DNA of 64,000 nucleotides from Octopus sinensis. Taxonomy: Eukaryota. Below the pieces are notes generated by a model. That model worked only from the letters and a program-made list of their open reading frames with translations. It was not told the origin of the DNA and searched no databases. The DNA is taken from NCBI RefSeq assembly GCF_006345805.1, contig NC_043010.1, positions 16,368,001 through 16,432,000 on the forward strand. The letters are read 5' to 3'. The number at the start of each line of letters is the position of its first letter. The stretch's first letter is position 1. This document shows positions 37,066 through 51,496 of this stretch, one piece after another. Made by a program: the position numbers and the translations under genes.

Positions 37066-37919
37066 ATTATATATGTCTTGAAAATAAAGGTAATTCTCTG
37101 ATTCAAAGTAGTCTTGAAGTTGTATTTTGTTAGATGGAAAGGACTTCCAAACACATCAGAAGTGAATTGAAATTTAAAGGATGCCCAGCAGCATTGCTCA
37201 AAACCTGAAGAATCTTTAAAACCAAGTTATTCTTCTCACAGTAGTGATTGACAGCAGAACAGAAATGTTGAACCCTGTTAAATTTCTATAGAAGCAGAAG
37301 AACTTGGAGACATCTTTTGCTGCTCTGTATTTTTCTTTTTCTCCTTTTTACAAAACAGTTGCAGAAGGTAACTACTTCCAAATGTACTTGGTCAAAAATA
37401 ACTGAACTGTTGTGTTCTAAGGGATTGTATTCAATCCAGGCAGATGTTCTGGGCAGCTGGTCAAATCTGAGAGTTTATGTCTCAACTGGTGCCACATTTT
37501 CAGATGTTTGGAAACTTTCCATTTAAACCCTCCTCCAACAATGACAATTTGATACCTTTGACCCCTGATAAGAGATATCACTTCTCAGATAAGCAAAGCT
37601 TATAGTTTTGTGATAGATTGAAATTCAGGAAGCTTCATGTTACTGGAGGGTAATCCGATCCTTGATCTTTGTATTTCCTGGAATGGAGACTGAAGTCTTT
37701 TTTTTTTTTTACTTAAATGAGTGAAGATGCTTATGAGGCTGACTATTGAAAGCATTTGCTGTAGGTTCTGTGGTAATTCTTTGTTATCCAAGAGTGTTAT
37801 GGATACTCAGTATACAACTCCTTACATTCACACACATACATGTATACAAACACACACATGTAAGAATGCATACACACACAGGCATACATACATGCACACA
37901 ACACACACACATATACTTA

Positions 37920-38130
37920 AGCATCTGTTTCCATGCTGGCATGGGTTGGACAGTTTGACCAGAGCTGGTAAGCAGAAGAGCTGCACCAGGTTCCAGTCTG
38001 ATTTGGTTTGGTTTGATTTCTACAGCTGGATGTCCTTCTTAATGCCAACCACTTTACAGAATGTGCTGGATGTCCTTCTAACATGGCACCGGCACAAGTG
38101 CTTTCATGTGGTGCCAGCACGAATGCTTTT
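37920..38130 (-). mobile_element. Diverged GAT-tailed RTE-derived repeat
   Basis: ttccatgctggcatgggttggacag...ctacagctggatgtccttc. Confidence 0.6.
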
Positions 38131-38419
38131 TATGTGGGACTGGCACAATTTGTAAAAAAAAGTTTCCTTCTCTAGTCCCACTGACCCATGAAGGCCAGTT
38201 TCCAGGTTTCCATGGCATATAAATTCTGCACCCAGATGGGATGCTGATCCGTTGCAGGATTCCTCATTTTTGCCAGCTGAGCAGACAGGAGCAATGTGAA
38301 ATGAAGTGTTTTGCTCAAGAATACAATGTGTGGCCTGGTCCAGGAATCGAAACCATAATCTTATGATCATGAGTCCAATACCCTAACCACTAAGCCACGT
38401 GCCTCCACTGGAACTAGCA

Positions 38420-38740
38420 CAGGGCACTTGCCAATTTTCTTCATCAGGAGAAATGGCATTAACACTTCTGCTGTTGAGGACAAGTCTTCTTGAGTACAGC
38501 AAGGTGCCAGAGATCTTGCTTTAGTATCCTGAGGTTGTCCTTCAATAATTTGTCCCATGTCTTCCTGGGTGTTCCTCTTCCATGAGTTCCATCCACTTTG
38601 AATGGTTAGTATTTCTTTATGGAGCTTTAGACATCCATCCACATCACACAACCAAACCAGTGCAGCCTCCTCTCTTGCACACTGCATCTGATTCCTCTTG
38701 TGCCTAAATTTCCTCTTAGCACACTAACCCGCACACATGT
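38420..38740 (-). mobile_element. Decayed RTE ORF 3' fragment
   Basis: Degenerate match to the RCSVQERRLHWFG region seen at 14510-14713. Confidence 0.5.
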
Positions 38741-39539
38741 AAACTTCCATTGCAGATAGATGCACACACACAAACAAACACAACACATATTGTGGAAATC
38801 AACTCATGTCTAAGTACGACCACTTCTTGCAAAGTTGTAAATTTTTTTCTTAGATGTTACCATGGAAACTCAGAGAGGACATCAACCAGCTACAAGGCTG
38901 CAGGCTAGTTCCAGGATTAGGTAACCTTTTTGTTTAGATCACCTTTTCTAGGTCCGTCCAAATTAACAAGAGATCATTTCTACCTTTGGAAATGGTGACT
39001 GAGTCATTCAAGTTGCTGCCAAATCTCTCCATTGCCATAATTTGGGAAATAAATAACCAATAACCCAATCTGCCTGCATGCAAGTTTGCATTTACATATG
39101 TCCAGCTGGTCAAATCTGTACATTCAACTATAATCCCCATTGCTACAGGACCCTGACTGACCATTGTGTACTTTCCAAGAGATTCCTGTGTGTAAAATTG
39201 GTTTTATTAAGTCGAGTGTGCACTGAGCTGCACTCCCATGTCTGAGAGAACAGCCTTCCTCTCAGTGGCTGGAACAACCAGAAGCTGAGGGATTCTCAGG
39301 TTTTACACCAGAATAGACTTCTCCAAGATTATTGTTCTAACAAGAACTAGGAATTCATCACTCCCATGTAGTCTTGTGGCACTTGTTCAAATATTACAAG
39401 TAACACATGTTTATACGTGCCTGTGCATTTACTCTTCTGACATTTGACTGTCAAACATAAACATGTTCAGCTCTAACATCTGGTTACTAGTATTGCTGGG
39501 ACTCCGGTTATTAGTATTGCTGGAACTAAGCAAAATCAT

Positions 39540-39945
39540 ATAAATCGATCAACATCAATGGAATTTGTAGTAGTGGTACCAGTGCCACATAAGAGAACTA
39601 TCCGAATGTGGCTGCATCGACTGGCCTCCATGCTGGTGGCACGTAACAAACATCATCCGATCGTGGCCGTTGCCAGCCTTGCCTGCCCTCCATGCCGGTG
39701 GCACGTAAAAAGCACCATCCGAGCGTGGCCATTCGCCAGCCTTGTCTGGCACCTGTGTCGGTGGCACATAAAAAGCATCCACTACACTCACGGAGTGGTT
39801 GGCGTTAGGAAGGGCATCCAGCTGTAGAAACACTGCCAGATCTGACTGGAGTCTGGTGCAGCCTTCTGGCTTCCCAGACCCCAGTTGAACCGTCCAACCC
39901 ATGCTAGCATGGAAAGCGGACATTAAACGATGATGATGATGATAT
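39540..39945 (+). mobile_element. GAT-tailed RTE-derived repeat copy
   Basis: Family core plus (gat)n tail at ~39929-39944. Confidence 0.75.
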
Positions 39946-39964
39946 ACATGTATGCATATATGTA

Positions 39965-40497
39965 TGCATGCCTCTTCTGTATTTAATCATTTAAATTCTT
40001 CCTCTGATGAAGGAGCTGGTTTCTAACAACAGTGCAAAGCTCCATCACTGGAATGTAGATAGGGAAAACAAAGTCACGTTTTAAACTTGAGGAAAGTCTT
40101 GCATAGTTTTACTGTTCCGCTCACAGATTGAATTTGTAATGTAGGAGTCAGTTGGTTGGTTTCTTTGTTCTGAAAATCCAGGCTTATCCAGACTGACAGG
40201 CATTTACTTACAAAACCAAGTTCACCAATTATTATTGGTATAAATGTGAATTTGTGATCCAGATACACAAGCTGGGGGTTTCAAAGTTGTCCACAGTTAT
40301 CTTCTTTGATTTTCAAAGAGATATTCACATCAGCCGGACAGCTGACCTCTATGACATTACATACTTTTCCTTGTCTGTCCCAAACAACAATACCCCCCAG
40401 CTTGTTATGCTGACACTTAACAGATGTTTTGATGGGAATGTTCCATCACTATCCTGTCTGCTGATATTTGTATTTCAATAACAGGGGAATTCTCCTT
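39965..40497 (-). mobile_element. R4/Dong-type (restriction-like endonuclease) LINE 3' fragment
   Basis: IVVWDRQG..., FTFIPIIIGELGFV...LQIQSVSGTVKLCKTFLK; near reverse complement of 43703-44210. Confidence 0.75.
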
Positions 40498-40499
40498 GA

Positions 40500-41430
40500 T
40501 CTTGGTGCCAGCTTGCAGACAGAGCAGTTGGAATTTTTCTCAAACACACCCCACACATAGTAATCTATGGGATTAGAATCAGAGGAATTATGCGGCCAAA
40601 AATTGGCTCTGGTGAAGCCATAAAAATTCTCTGACAACCACTTCCGATTCTTTCCAGAGGTATGGCAAGAAGCCAAATCCTGCTGCCTCACATATGGTCT
40701 TCCAGCAGCAATCCTCTCCAGCCAGGGTTTGATAATAGTCTCCAGTAGATTCTCATAACTGTCTAAATTGAACCTCAGGCCTTCTTCAAAGTCATGTTGG
40801 CATGTGTGAAGTCACCCTACCTGGAGACACCCCTACAAAGACCATCACAGTTTGTGGGGAACTTGGCTTTCATGATATGTAGGGCATCACATGCATTGTA
40901 GGCAAACCACCGATTGTTCTGGGTGTTGTGCAACTGGTCCTGGCAGAAGTTCTTTTCATCTCAGAAGAACCACATCATCTCCAGCTCAACAGGATGCCTC
41001 AATTTGTTCAGGAGCTTCTTAACCTTTGTCAAGTGGGTCTCCTTGGCCTTGGCCTTGTCAGAATTTGTCCTTTGTGCCTCTTGTACAAGTAGTAGTGAAG
41101 GTCCTCATTCACGGCCAGCTTCATAGTGGTGACTCCAACACCGATCTCTCGTTAAAGCCCAGATTTCATTGCTTGGGTCTTCTATCACCTTGTACTGCAA
41201 TTCTTGGATGAATTCTGGCATGTGGATATAGTCAGAACGCCTCCTGTGTCCGTTTCTGCTGACCATAGCTTTGTGGTCTCCACTGTAGATGTCCATGTCA
41301 CATCTTATAGCCTTTACACTGTTCACAGAGCATTGAGCAGCAGTTTTGATACCTGAAGTGAACCCTCAGAAAACAGGTAACTCTTTCCAATATTCAGATG
41401 GCTTCCAGTACTCCATGTCATCTAACTTTT
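40500..41430 (-). mobile_element. Decayed maT/DD37D-like Tc1/mariner transposase
   Basis: SDEKNFCQDQLHNTQNNRW, KFPQTVMVF, QQDLASCHT, and FWPHNSSDSNPIDYYVWG (SPDLNPxDY motif). Confidence 0.8.
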
Positions 41431-41779
41431 TCTCAACTATATATATATATATCTCAAAAACAGAAAACTGGAAGATTTTTGATATTATTTATTCAGTATT
41501 ACATATGTTTAAGTACTAATATTGTTAATTAAGAAAAACATGCAAGACATCTATTAGCAATTCCTCAGACCAAGAATCAAAATAATACATTATTATATAA
41601 ATATATCATTTAAATAATACATGTTTTTCTACATGTATACCAATGTAACTCCTATTGGTAATGAAGCAGACATAACATGGAATAAATGATACCAAAAATT
41701 CTTCAGATTTCTTCTTTTGATATGAAATTACTCTTGTGTAAATCATAACATCAACAAATATACTTTGCAGAGTGAGAAT

Positions 41780-42830
41780 ATGTCGATGCACTTCATAAGG
41801 ACACAGCTTGGATCACAAGTTTCTGGAAAGTTGCACCCTTCTTATTTCCAGACAGAGACTGCCTAACATAGCTTTTACATCACTCTGATGACATCCTAAA
41901 GGCTCTGCAAGAGGGCTTCAGTGCAGATGTCATCTACCTGGACTTCAGCAAGCCCTTCAACAAACTTGACCACAGCACTCTATTAAAGAAATTGTGCAAC
42001 ATTGGAGTCTGTGAGAAACTATTGAAGTAGACTGAATGTTTTCTGGTGAACAGAAAACCCAGCGTCTGATGACTGATGGTGTTCAATCAAGTTCGGCGAG
42101 AGTTATCAGTGGAGTCTCACAAAGCACTGTATGGCGTCCACTTCTTTTCATTATTTATAGCAACATCATCATTAATGTCCTCAAACACAGCAGCATCAGA
42201 ATTTTCATGGATGACTAAGCTTCTGAAGGTTATCAACAGGGTGGGAGACCAGACTTATCTCCAATTGGATCTGCTCATTATTATTCAATGGTTGGGAAAA
42301 CTCAATATGCAGCTAAACGAGAATGGGAATGAGGTTGCACCTAAGCTACCATATACTCTTCCCTTGGATGAAAACCTCATGACATCAGACATTGCTAAGT
42401 GCCTTGGAGTAACTATCAACAACTTAAGCTGGAGTGTCCATATAAACAGCAAAGTTGACACAGCCCACAGGGTATGCTCCTGGATCCTCAGGTCTTTCTG
42501 GTTTAGAGATGTTCCTACCATCAGCCTTCTCTTCTTCACCTTTACCTGCCCTCATCTGGAATACTGTTGTCTGCTGGACTCCCCCTACACAAAACAAAAA
42601 TATAAAAACTGAAGCACCCCAGAGAGTGATCACCAGACACAAAAAAAAAGCAAAGACAGTTCTTGAAAATTAGGATCGGCTTGAGAAGCTCAACTTTATT
42701 GCTTTTAACTGTGAGCACCATCATATTTGTATGATGTTGAAAATATTCCAACAACATTGTCTGAATGAGGTTGGCATCAACTTTAAAAATTTCATTCAAG
42801 GTTTGGTCCCCACACCATCCACCCGCTACA
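41780..42830 (+). mobile_element. Decayed CR1-clade LINE RT fragment
   Basis: DVIYLDFSKPFNKLDH, VISGVSQSTVWRPLLFIIY (SGVPQG), RIFMDD, CPHLEYC. Confidence 0.8.
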
Positions 42831-42959
42831 AAAATCATGTCCATATTACATCACAGCACCAAGACAGAACTATTTTGGTGCTGCTCTCTTTAACATCAAG
42901 CCAAGAGAGACATAGGGGGAGACACACACACACACTGTTGGAATCAATGCATGCATGCA

Positions 42960-44210
42960 TACGACAGTCTGAACTGTCTTACAAGAGAATATCCCACAAA
43001 GCATTTGCAGTACCAGTGCTAATATCAACATTCAGAATACTTTACTGGTCTGTAGAAGAAATCCACTCTATAAACATTTCAGTGATACTGACAGGCTCTA
43101 AGAAGAGATAATGGAGGTAGAGGCTTGAGATCAGTGCAGACAGCCTTCCAATGTCTCATAGTCTCTCTCAAACAACATTTACTAAACAACAGCAACAAAA
43201 ACAAATACATTAACTTAGTACTGAAAAAAAAAGAAAAAAACAATATCCTACATGTTGGAAATGATCTCCTCAGGAAGCTCTCTCTTCTCTCCAAATCAGC
43301 CAGACTATCTTACTTCAAATAAGACCTGAATGTGAAACACTCAGCATACCAAAAACAGAAAGGAAAACCATGTATGGCTATGTTTCCCGAAGACTTGAAG
43401 AAGCGAAGCCTCTCTTCAGCTCGCGACCATTACACTTCGAAGGCTATGCATTAGCAACCCAAGAGCAGGAGATTGCTACTAAATATCTAACCAGCAAAAG
43501 ACACAGTGAAGCCCTTACAGTTCCGAGATGCGACCGAAAATGTGGATTATATCATATTTCAGTGGAAGACTTCACATGTGATTAGCAGCTGCCCAAAAAT
43601 GTCACTCTACCACTCTACAAGACATGACGTTGTAGCAAAAACAATATACCATGCCATTTGGAAAACAAAAAAAAACTATCCTGGAATAGACAGAGAATCC
43701 CGCCCTATTATTGAGTACGCATACAAATATCAGTACAAGGAACATTGTACTGATAGAACATTCCCATGGAAACATCTGTCAAGCATAAGAGGTTGTGGGG
43801 ACAGACAAGGAAAAGTATGTAACTGCCACAGAGGTCAGATGTCCGGCTGAAGTGAATATCTCTTTGAAAATCAAAGAAGATAACTGTGGACAACTTTGAA
43901 ACCCCCAGCTTGTGTATCTGGATCACAAATTCACATTTATACCAGTAATAATTGGTGAACTTGGTTTTGTAAGTAAATGCTTGTCAGTCTGGATAAGCCT
44001 GGATTTTCAGAACAAATAAATCAACCGACTGACTCATACATTACAAATTCAATCTGTGAGTGGAACAGTAAAACTATGCAAGACTTTTCTCAAGTTTAAA
44101 ACCTGACTTTGTTTTCCCTATCTACATTCCAATGATGGAGCTTTGCTTTGTTGTTAGAAACCAGCTCTTTCTTCAGAGGTGGAATTTAAATGATTAAATA
44201 CAGAAGAGAA
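42960..44210 (+). mobile_element. Decayed R4/Dong-type LINE (RT end, CCHC finger, RLE)
   Basis: AFAVPVL, GGRGLRSV, EGYALATQEQ, CDRKC...HVISSCPK...RHDVVAK, followed by the RLE region. Confidence 0.8.
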
Positions 44211-44871
44211 ATACAATTATACATACAAAACTGGTCTATATATACTTATGTGTGTGAGTGTGTATGTGTCTGTGTTTGTGTGTGCGTCTGTGCGCGCGCG
44301 AGAGTATTTCTTCGCCATATTGCGTCACAATATTTGCTGTTTCAACTCCTTTTGACGAAGAAAACCGACAAATTATCGTTTTTTGTGGGGGGTACACCGA
44401 CACTTTTCGCTTTTTTTTTTTCGTTGATACGCATACACACACGCTCGTACACATACATATACAATCCTCTCCCACAGCCACACACACTTTCTACCTTTCC
44501 GTTTTGTATCTGTCTACCTACCAATAAGTATGTATCTTTCTACACACACGCATTTATATACCCTCTTCTCTTGTGTGTATGTGTGTGTATCTCCCGCTTT
44601 TTCAAACTGCTAATTGAATTGTTAACAACAAATGCCCTTGTTCACCTCGAGACCTTTGTTGCCGTGGCAACACTTGTTGCACAGGTGTCACGAACTGCAC
44701 TCCCCCTCCCCAATTTCCTCACACACCTACCATCCCCCTACGACTCAAAATCAGTAATACACTAACAAAGAAACGTCGACGCAGCTGCTAGAGCTGTTAG
44801 AAATAGCAGCTAAATTTACAGCAAGGTCACTTTCTACCTATTAAAAACACACCTGAAACATAATATATATA

Positions 44872-45101
44872 TTTCTTTACTACCCACAAGGGGCTAAACA
44901 CAGAGGGGACAAACAAGGACAGACAAAGGGATTAAGTCGATTACATCTACCCCAGTGCGTAACTGGTACTTTATTTATCGACCCCGAAAGGATGAAAGGC
45001 AAAGTCGACCTCGGCGGAATTTGAACTCGGAACGTAACGGCAGACGAAATACGCCTACGCATTTCTCCCGGCGTGCTAACGTTTCTGCCAGCTCGCCGCC
45101 T
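44872..45101 (-). mobile_element. tRNA-derived SINE (third family, young-looking)
   Basis: The minus strand reads GGCGGCGAGCTGGCAGAAACGTTAG...GAGTTCAAATTCCGCC (A/B boxes), then GTCGACTTTGCCTTTCATCCTTTCGGGGTCG. Confidence 0.8.
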
Positions 45102-45343
45102 CAAACATAATATTGATAAGTCGTAGGAAACAGACGCGATGGTCACGGCATCAATTCCTTTGTTGAACGGGATGAACAGTAGCACCAATTTCATTGCTAC
45201 GTAGAAACAACTAACACCACTTTTACGCGTCTTTATCTTCTGTTTCTCGCACGGAAATAATGTCCGTTGGTCTCCTTCAGCGAAAACCAGATTGATTTAG
45301 CTGTGGGAGGGTCTCTCTTTCTCTCTCTCTCTTTCTGTTTGTC

Positions 45344-46133
45344 GGATCTTTTCGGTTTGAACGGCAGTTTTTAACATAATTTCTAGGTAACTAAAAAATT
45401 TTAAACTTCATATACTGGTAGAATGTGTTTATAAAACATCTTTTTCTCTTGGCTTTATTGAGAAAATTCTATAGTTTGTAAGATATTTGTTGTTTTTTTT
45501 CTTCAATTTCTGCAATTTCAACCAATCACTGACGTCTATTGAGGTAAACAACATTCTGTGCCGTATGAATATGTCCCTCGTTTAAGAAACAGATTGGGTT
45601 CATTTACATTTGTGAAGAAAAAAAGATACCCTTCCCCCCACCCCTAACCCTAAAACAGATTGAAATGCAATAGATCAATACTAGGGTCATAATTATGGGT
45701 GACAATTTTGTGTGGAATAAAGGTGGATCTTTTCGGTTTGAACAGCAGTTTGTAACATAATTTCTAGCTAACTAAAAAATTTTAAACTTCGTATACTGGT
45801 AGAATGTGTTTATAAAACATCTTTTTCTCTTGGCTTTATTGAGAAAATTCTATAGTTTGTAAGATATTTGTTGTTTTTTTCTTCAATTTCTGCAATTTCA
45901 ACCAATCACTGACGTCTATTGAGGTAAACAACATTCTGTGCCGTATGAATATGTCCCTCGTTTAAGAAACAGATTGGGTTCATTTACATTTGTGAAGAAA
46001 AAAAGATACCCTTCCCCCCACCCCTAACCCTAAAACAGATGAAATGCAATAGATCGATACTAGAGCCATAATTATGGGTTACAATTTCATATGACACCGC
46101 TAGAAAAAACTGCCGTTCAAACCGAAAAGATCC
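45344..46133. mobile_element. Tandem pair of Merlin-like MITEs (45344-~45710 lacking its right TIR; 45725-46133 complete)
   Basis: Two head-to-tail copies; outer flanks tgtttgtc / gatttgtc (6/8). Confidence 0.8.
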
Positions 46134-46574
46134 GATTTGTCTCACACTCATGCACTCACTTTCTACCATTACCAGCAGTCTGATACCATTTTTTAACAAA
46201 AAAAAAAAAATCACGATGTAGAATAAGTGTATGGAAGAAGAAACATCTGACGTTCTAAGCTGATCACCGCATCATTCTGTCCGGCGATGAAGGCAACCAT
46301 TTCAGACAACATCTTTTCTCTTCCCCACAGCAAATTGTTTATTTATCAACACGAACACCATTAATTTCATCAGCAACATTTCCCACTCACAACTATATAT
46401 ATATACCCGTTCGTCTCGGTGTCCTCCTTTCTGTCTTCTCTCTCTCTCAAGTAACAGGTATATACATACATACATTAATGGGTGCCCCTCTCCCGTCTCA
46501 TAGTCTTCCTACTCTGTCACACACACAAACCTGTCCTGTTCAGAGCAAGGTGTCTATACAAGTCGCCCTTGATG

Positions 46575-47237
46575 ATGACCAGTCAGAAAGTTACCATTGT
46601 TGCATTTAGCAGCAATATAGGTGATTTGTTATGCTGGCCGGAAGTACATAACCTTTTTGCTAATGTAGATAAGAATACAGTCTTGATCAGCAACAGATGT
46701 GAAGAAGAAAAAAAACTCCCAAAGGAGTCAGTTTATGTAAGATATCCGTTCACTTGTCTGCGAGCAGGGAACAATTCACTTTTGGAATTTAAGAATGCTT
46801 CCCAAACCGATCACGACTAAACAAAAATTGCATCGTCTGTTCCCGTTAAGGAACGGTCCAAACTGTTCTAAAAGCTTCCTTTAAATACCGAAAAGCTTTC
46901 TCTCCTCTTGACTGTCATATGCAGTTGGCCAAAGGCGTGCTGGAGACATGGAATTCTCCGCTTGCTGACGAGTGAATGGATATCGTACGTAATCTGACCT
47001 TTTCGGACACAACCAGAACAGGTAGAAGGGGAATAACTCCATCTCGCCGAGAAGGGATTTTCGCTTCGAAGAATTTCGTTTTAGGGTTTTGTGTTTCACT
47101 TTTATTGCTGACCAAAATTGTATTCTTACCTCCATTAGTCAAGTTCTATGCCTCTGACCGGCATACTCTGATGAGTTGCCTAATTTGCTTAATGTGTTGA
47201 TAGAAGTGAAACCAATGATAACTTTCTGACCGTCCAT
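46575..47237. mobile_element. Old foldback/MITE with ~250-bp diverged inverted arms
   Basis: Paired segments: gtcagaaagttaccattg / caatgataactttctgac; aagaatacagtcttgatcagcaa / ttgctgaccaaaattgtattctt; agatatccgttcacttgtc / gacgagtgaatggatatc. Confidence 0.6.
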
Positions 47238-47267
47238 AACCAACAACTACTTTGTATATTACTGCTG

Positions 47268-47318
<51 letters not shown>

Positions 47319-48149
47319 CAATCAAGGGTACTGAGAAACAGCACCTATACGCTAGAAACAGACGTCAAAAGGCTCTAAAAAACTATTTCAAATTACATAA
47401 AGCTAAAAGCAGGCAAACGAATAGGATGGATTTAGTAAAATCTTGAGGTTAATTTTAAATCATCTGATTTGTGGTTTAGTAATACAAATTACTTTACCGT
47501 CATTAGTAGTAGTAGTAGTATATTATATATATATATATATATATCTATATATATATATATATCTATATATATATATATATTATATATATATATATTTCTT
47601 AATCACTCTGTTCTCCTCTTCTCTACCTTTTTATCTACTCTTTCACGCTCAACTTTTTCTTTTATTACCCACTTATTTTCCCACCTTCATCTTTTTCTCT
47701 ACATGCACAGGCTCTAATTTTTGTCTAACTGCTTCCTCTCATCTTTACTACATTCAAATCCCGCTCTACTCCACACAGCTCAATCTCTATGCCCATCTCC
47801 TGACACAGATACTTTCCTCCATATGCACACAACTATCTGCCTCCCTTCCTCATACAACAGCATTCCAACTTGGCCCCTAACATTGTTCTCCCCTCATTTC
47901 TCTTTCCATTTCCTATTTTTCTCATGAAAGACTGTCTGAAACGCCAAGGAACCTTTTCCTTTCTCTTTTCAAATGCGAAACAATTAACACCTTGGTGAAC
48001 GCTCGCCTTTCATGTCTCTGTTCATTCATCATATATACACCTGTTAAAGCTAGTTTTTTTTATTCATACGTATATATACACACCTGTTAAAGTTAGTATT
48101 TCTATTTACAGGTGTATATACACTCGTTGAGGCCAGTATTTATATTTTA

Positions 48150-48183
<34 letters not shown>

Positions 48184-48186
<3 letters not shown>

Positions 48187-48372
48187 AGATCAGAAGATGT
48201 GGAGAGCACTGACCTTAGCAGATATTGTCTGTGTGTGCACGCGCGCGCGTGTATATATATAATATATATATATATATATTACTTATATTATATATATACA
48301 AAACACACAAACGCGCGTGCGCGCACACACATATCTGCTAAGGTCAGTGCCCTCCACATCTTCTGATCTTTA
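48184..48372. repeat. Hairpin element with 42-bp arms around a microsatellite
   Basis: 48184-48225 vs 48331-48372 match with one mismatch. Confidence 0.75.
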
Positions 48373-48790
48373 TTACAAGTAGAGGTTATTGATGCTGTTA
48401 TATTGATGTCCAGTTTTTCATATCAGCCCTGTCGGAGCTGGCCTTCTTCGCATGCCTATCCCATGATATCTGTGATTCTATTATTCGGACTATCCCTTTT
48501 TTCAAGACAGTCGACTGTGATTTCGTTGCGCTTTCTAGCCTGTGAAGTGACCGCGTATAGACTTCTACATTGTCATTTTGATATTGGTAGCCCCCCCCCC
48601 TGTTTTCTCCACTATTTCTCCCATAATTAGAGTGTATGAGCCTGCGTGTCTTTGCGTTTGTTGTCAACCAGTGATGGTTTGTTTACGTTTCTGTAACATG
48701 GCTGTTCGGCATACGAGATCAACTAAGTAGAAGCCAAACTTAAAAAGTACTGGGATCTATTTGTTCGACTAAACACTTCAAGGCAGTGCC

Positions 48791-48873
<83 letters not shown>

Positions 48874-48977
48874 ATACGCGCGCACATGCCTACTTTTATT
48901 CAAGCTGCAATATCTTCATAAACTATTAGAGTTTCACGCTCGTCGGACAATAGTTCTGATCATAACTGTCCGACAAG

Positions 48978-49519
<542 letters not shown>

Positions 49520-49551
<32 letters not shown>

Positions 49552-49555
49552 CATA

Positions 49556-49595
<40 letters not shown>

Positions 49596-49666
49596 ATATA
49601 TATAATATATATATATATATTACATATATATATATATATAATATATATATAATATACTATATATAT

Positions 49667-49733
<67 letters not shown>

Positions 49734-49742
49734 TATTACATA

Positions 49743-49796
<54 letters not shown>

Positions 49797-49811
49797 CTAT
49801 ATATAATATAT

Positions 49812-49850
<39 letters not shown>

Positions 49851-49856
49851 TATTAG

Positions 49857-49932
<76 letters not shown>

Positions 49933-49951
49933 TATATACATATATATATAT

Positions 49952-49987
<36 letters not shown>

Positions 49988-50016
49988 CATATTATATAAT
50001 ATATATATTATACATA

Positions 50017-50088
<72 letters not shown>

Positions 50089-50115
50089 CATATATATAAT
50101 ATATATATAATATAC

Positions 50116-50194
<79 letters not shown>

Positions 50195-50220
50195 TATATT
50201 ATATATATATATATATATAA
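49520..50220. repeat. ~700-bp interrupted (TA)n microsatellite
   Basis: Direct reading. Similar TA tracts lie at ~16240-16350, 20980-21230 and 29910-30030. Confidence 0.95.
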
Positions 50221-51496
50221 AACATACATATCTGAGTGTGCGTGTACAGCTGCGTTGTTGCTCCGTGGTTTCCATTCTATGCTGGAAACATCAAATGTCA
50301 AACTTCACTGTAAAAACAAATTCGTGCCAACCAGATTCCATGTCACTGGATAGAATGAATTACGCCCCTTGTTGGTAGGATGAATAACCTCCCTTGCATC
50401 GTGTTCTTGTTACTCTGCTCCAATATGGATCAGGTCGAACACACCTTCATTTGAGACATTGTCTTTACTGACCCTATGTTTATTTCACATTTGGAGCGAG
50501 TCTTTAACTGTCAACCCAACACACATACTCGCGCATGCGTGTGTACATATATCTGTATATCTTATGTTTTTGCTTCCTCATAATTTTCAGAATGGATATT
50601 TTTATAATAAAATTTTATACGAATACTCTTCAGATGATGTAGATTCCGATTATATTGAAATTTGTCGTGAAAATATTTTCGGAGGGAAGAGATTTGGAAA
50701 ATTGACAGGATTCGGCTGCGTTTGTTCATAACTTTGAGAAAAGTGAAAATTTTAATGTAAAATTTTATTGTCAAAATAATATGGTTGTCCGGTAAGGGAC
50801 GTTGTAACTGTTTATTAGCCCCGCAGAAAACATCGTTTCTAACTGGCTACACGACACATTCTGTGTCATATTTTCGAACCAGAAACTCAGCATCCCTGCC
50901 CAGCACACAAAACATCCATGGACTAGTTTCAGGGTTATTGCTCTTCATCAACACTGAGCAGCTGCTTAGCTAGGTGGCGTTGCTGAATTCACGGTTTGAA
51001 CATATAGATTTCAACGTGACATACAGCCACTCTATGTCTCCCTATTTCTATTTGTACACATTATGGAGTCCCAGTAGTCCATATAGCTGTTTCTTTTAGT
51101 ATTGATGATTTGCACAACACGATTCAATCGCAAAATAATCCAGGTCCAGTCAGTTTGGCTGCCAGCATCAATTCTGTTCCAATTGATTTCATATTCAGTG
51201 TAATGATAGACTTTTATTGACTAATGAATGACGGGAAAATCAGTTTTGCTATAAATCAATAGAGTTAGCAATTAGTTTGAAAATTTTGATAATTTTAGCC
51301 AAATCATAAGCCACAAACACATTCAGGCTGGTTTCCATAGTAACAAGCAGAACATGAGAATTCTTGTCTACAAGAAAGCATGTGCTGATAAATACATTGA
51401 AACCACTTGTTTTACCTAATGACAATTGAGCATGTGAATTTATGTAGCGCAGGAGATACGAAAATTGTGATTTGTTCAAGAAAATGATTGAATGCA

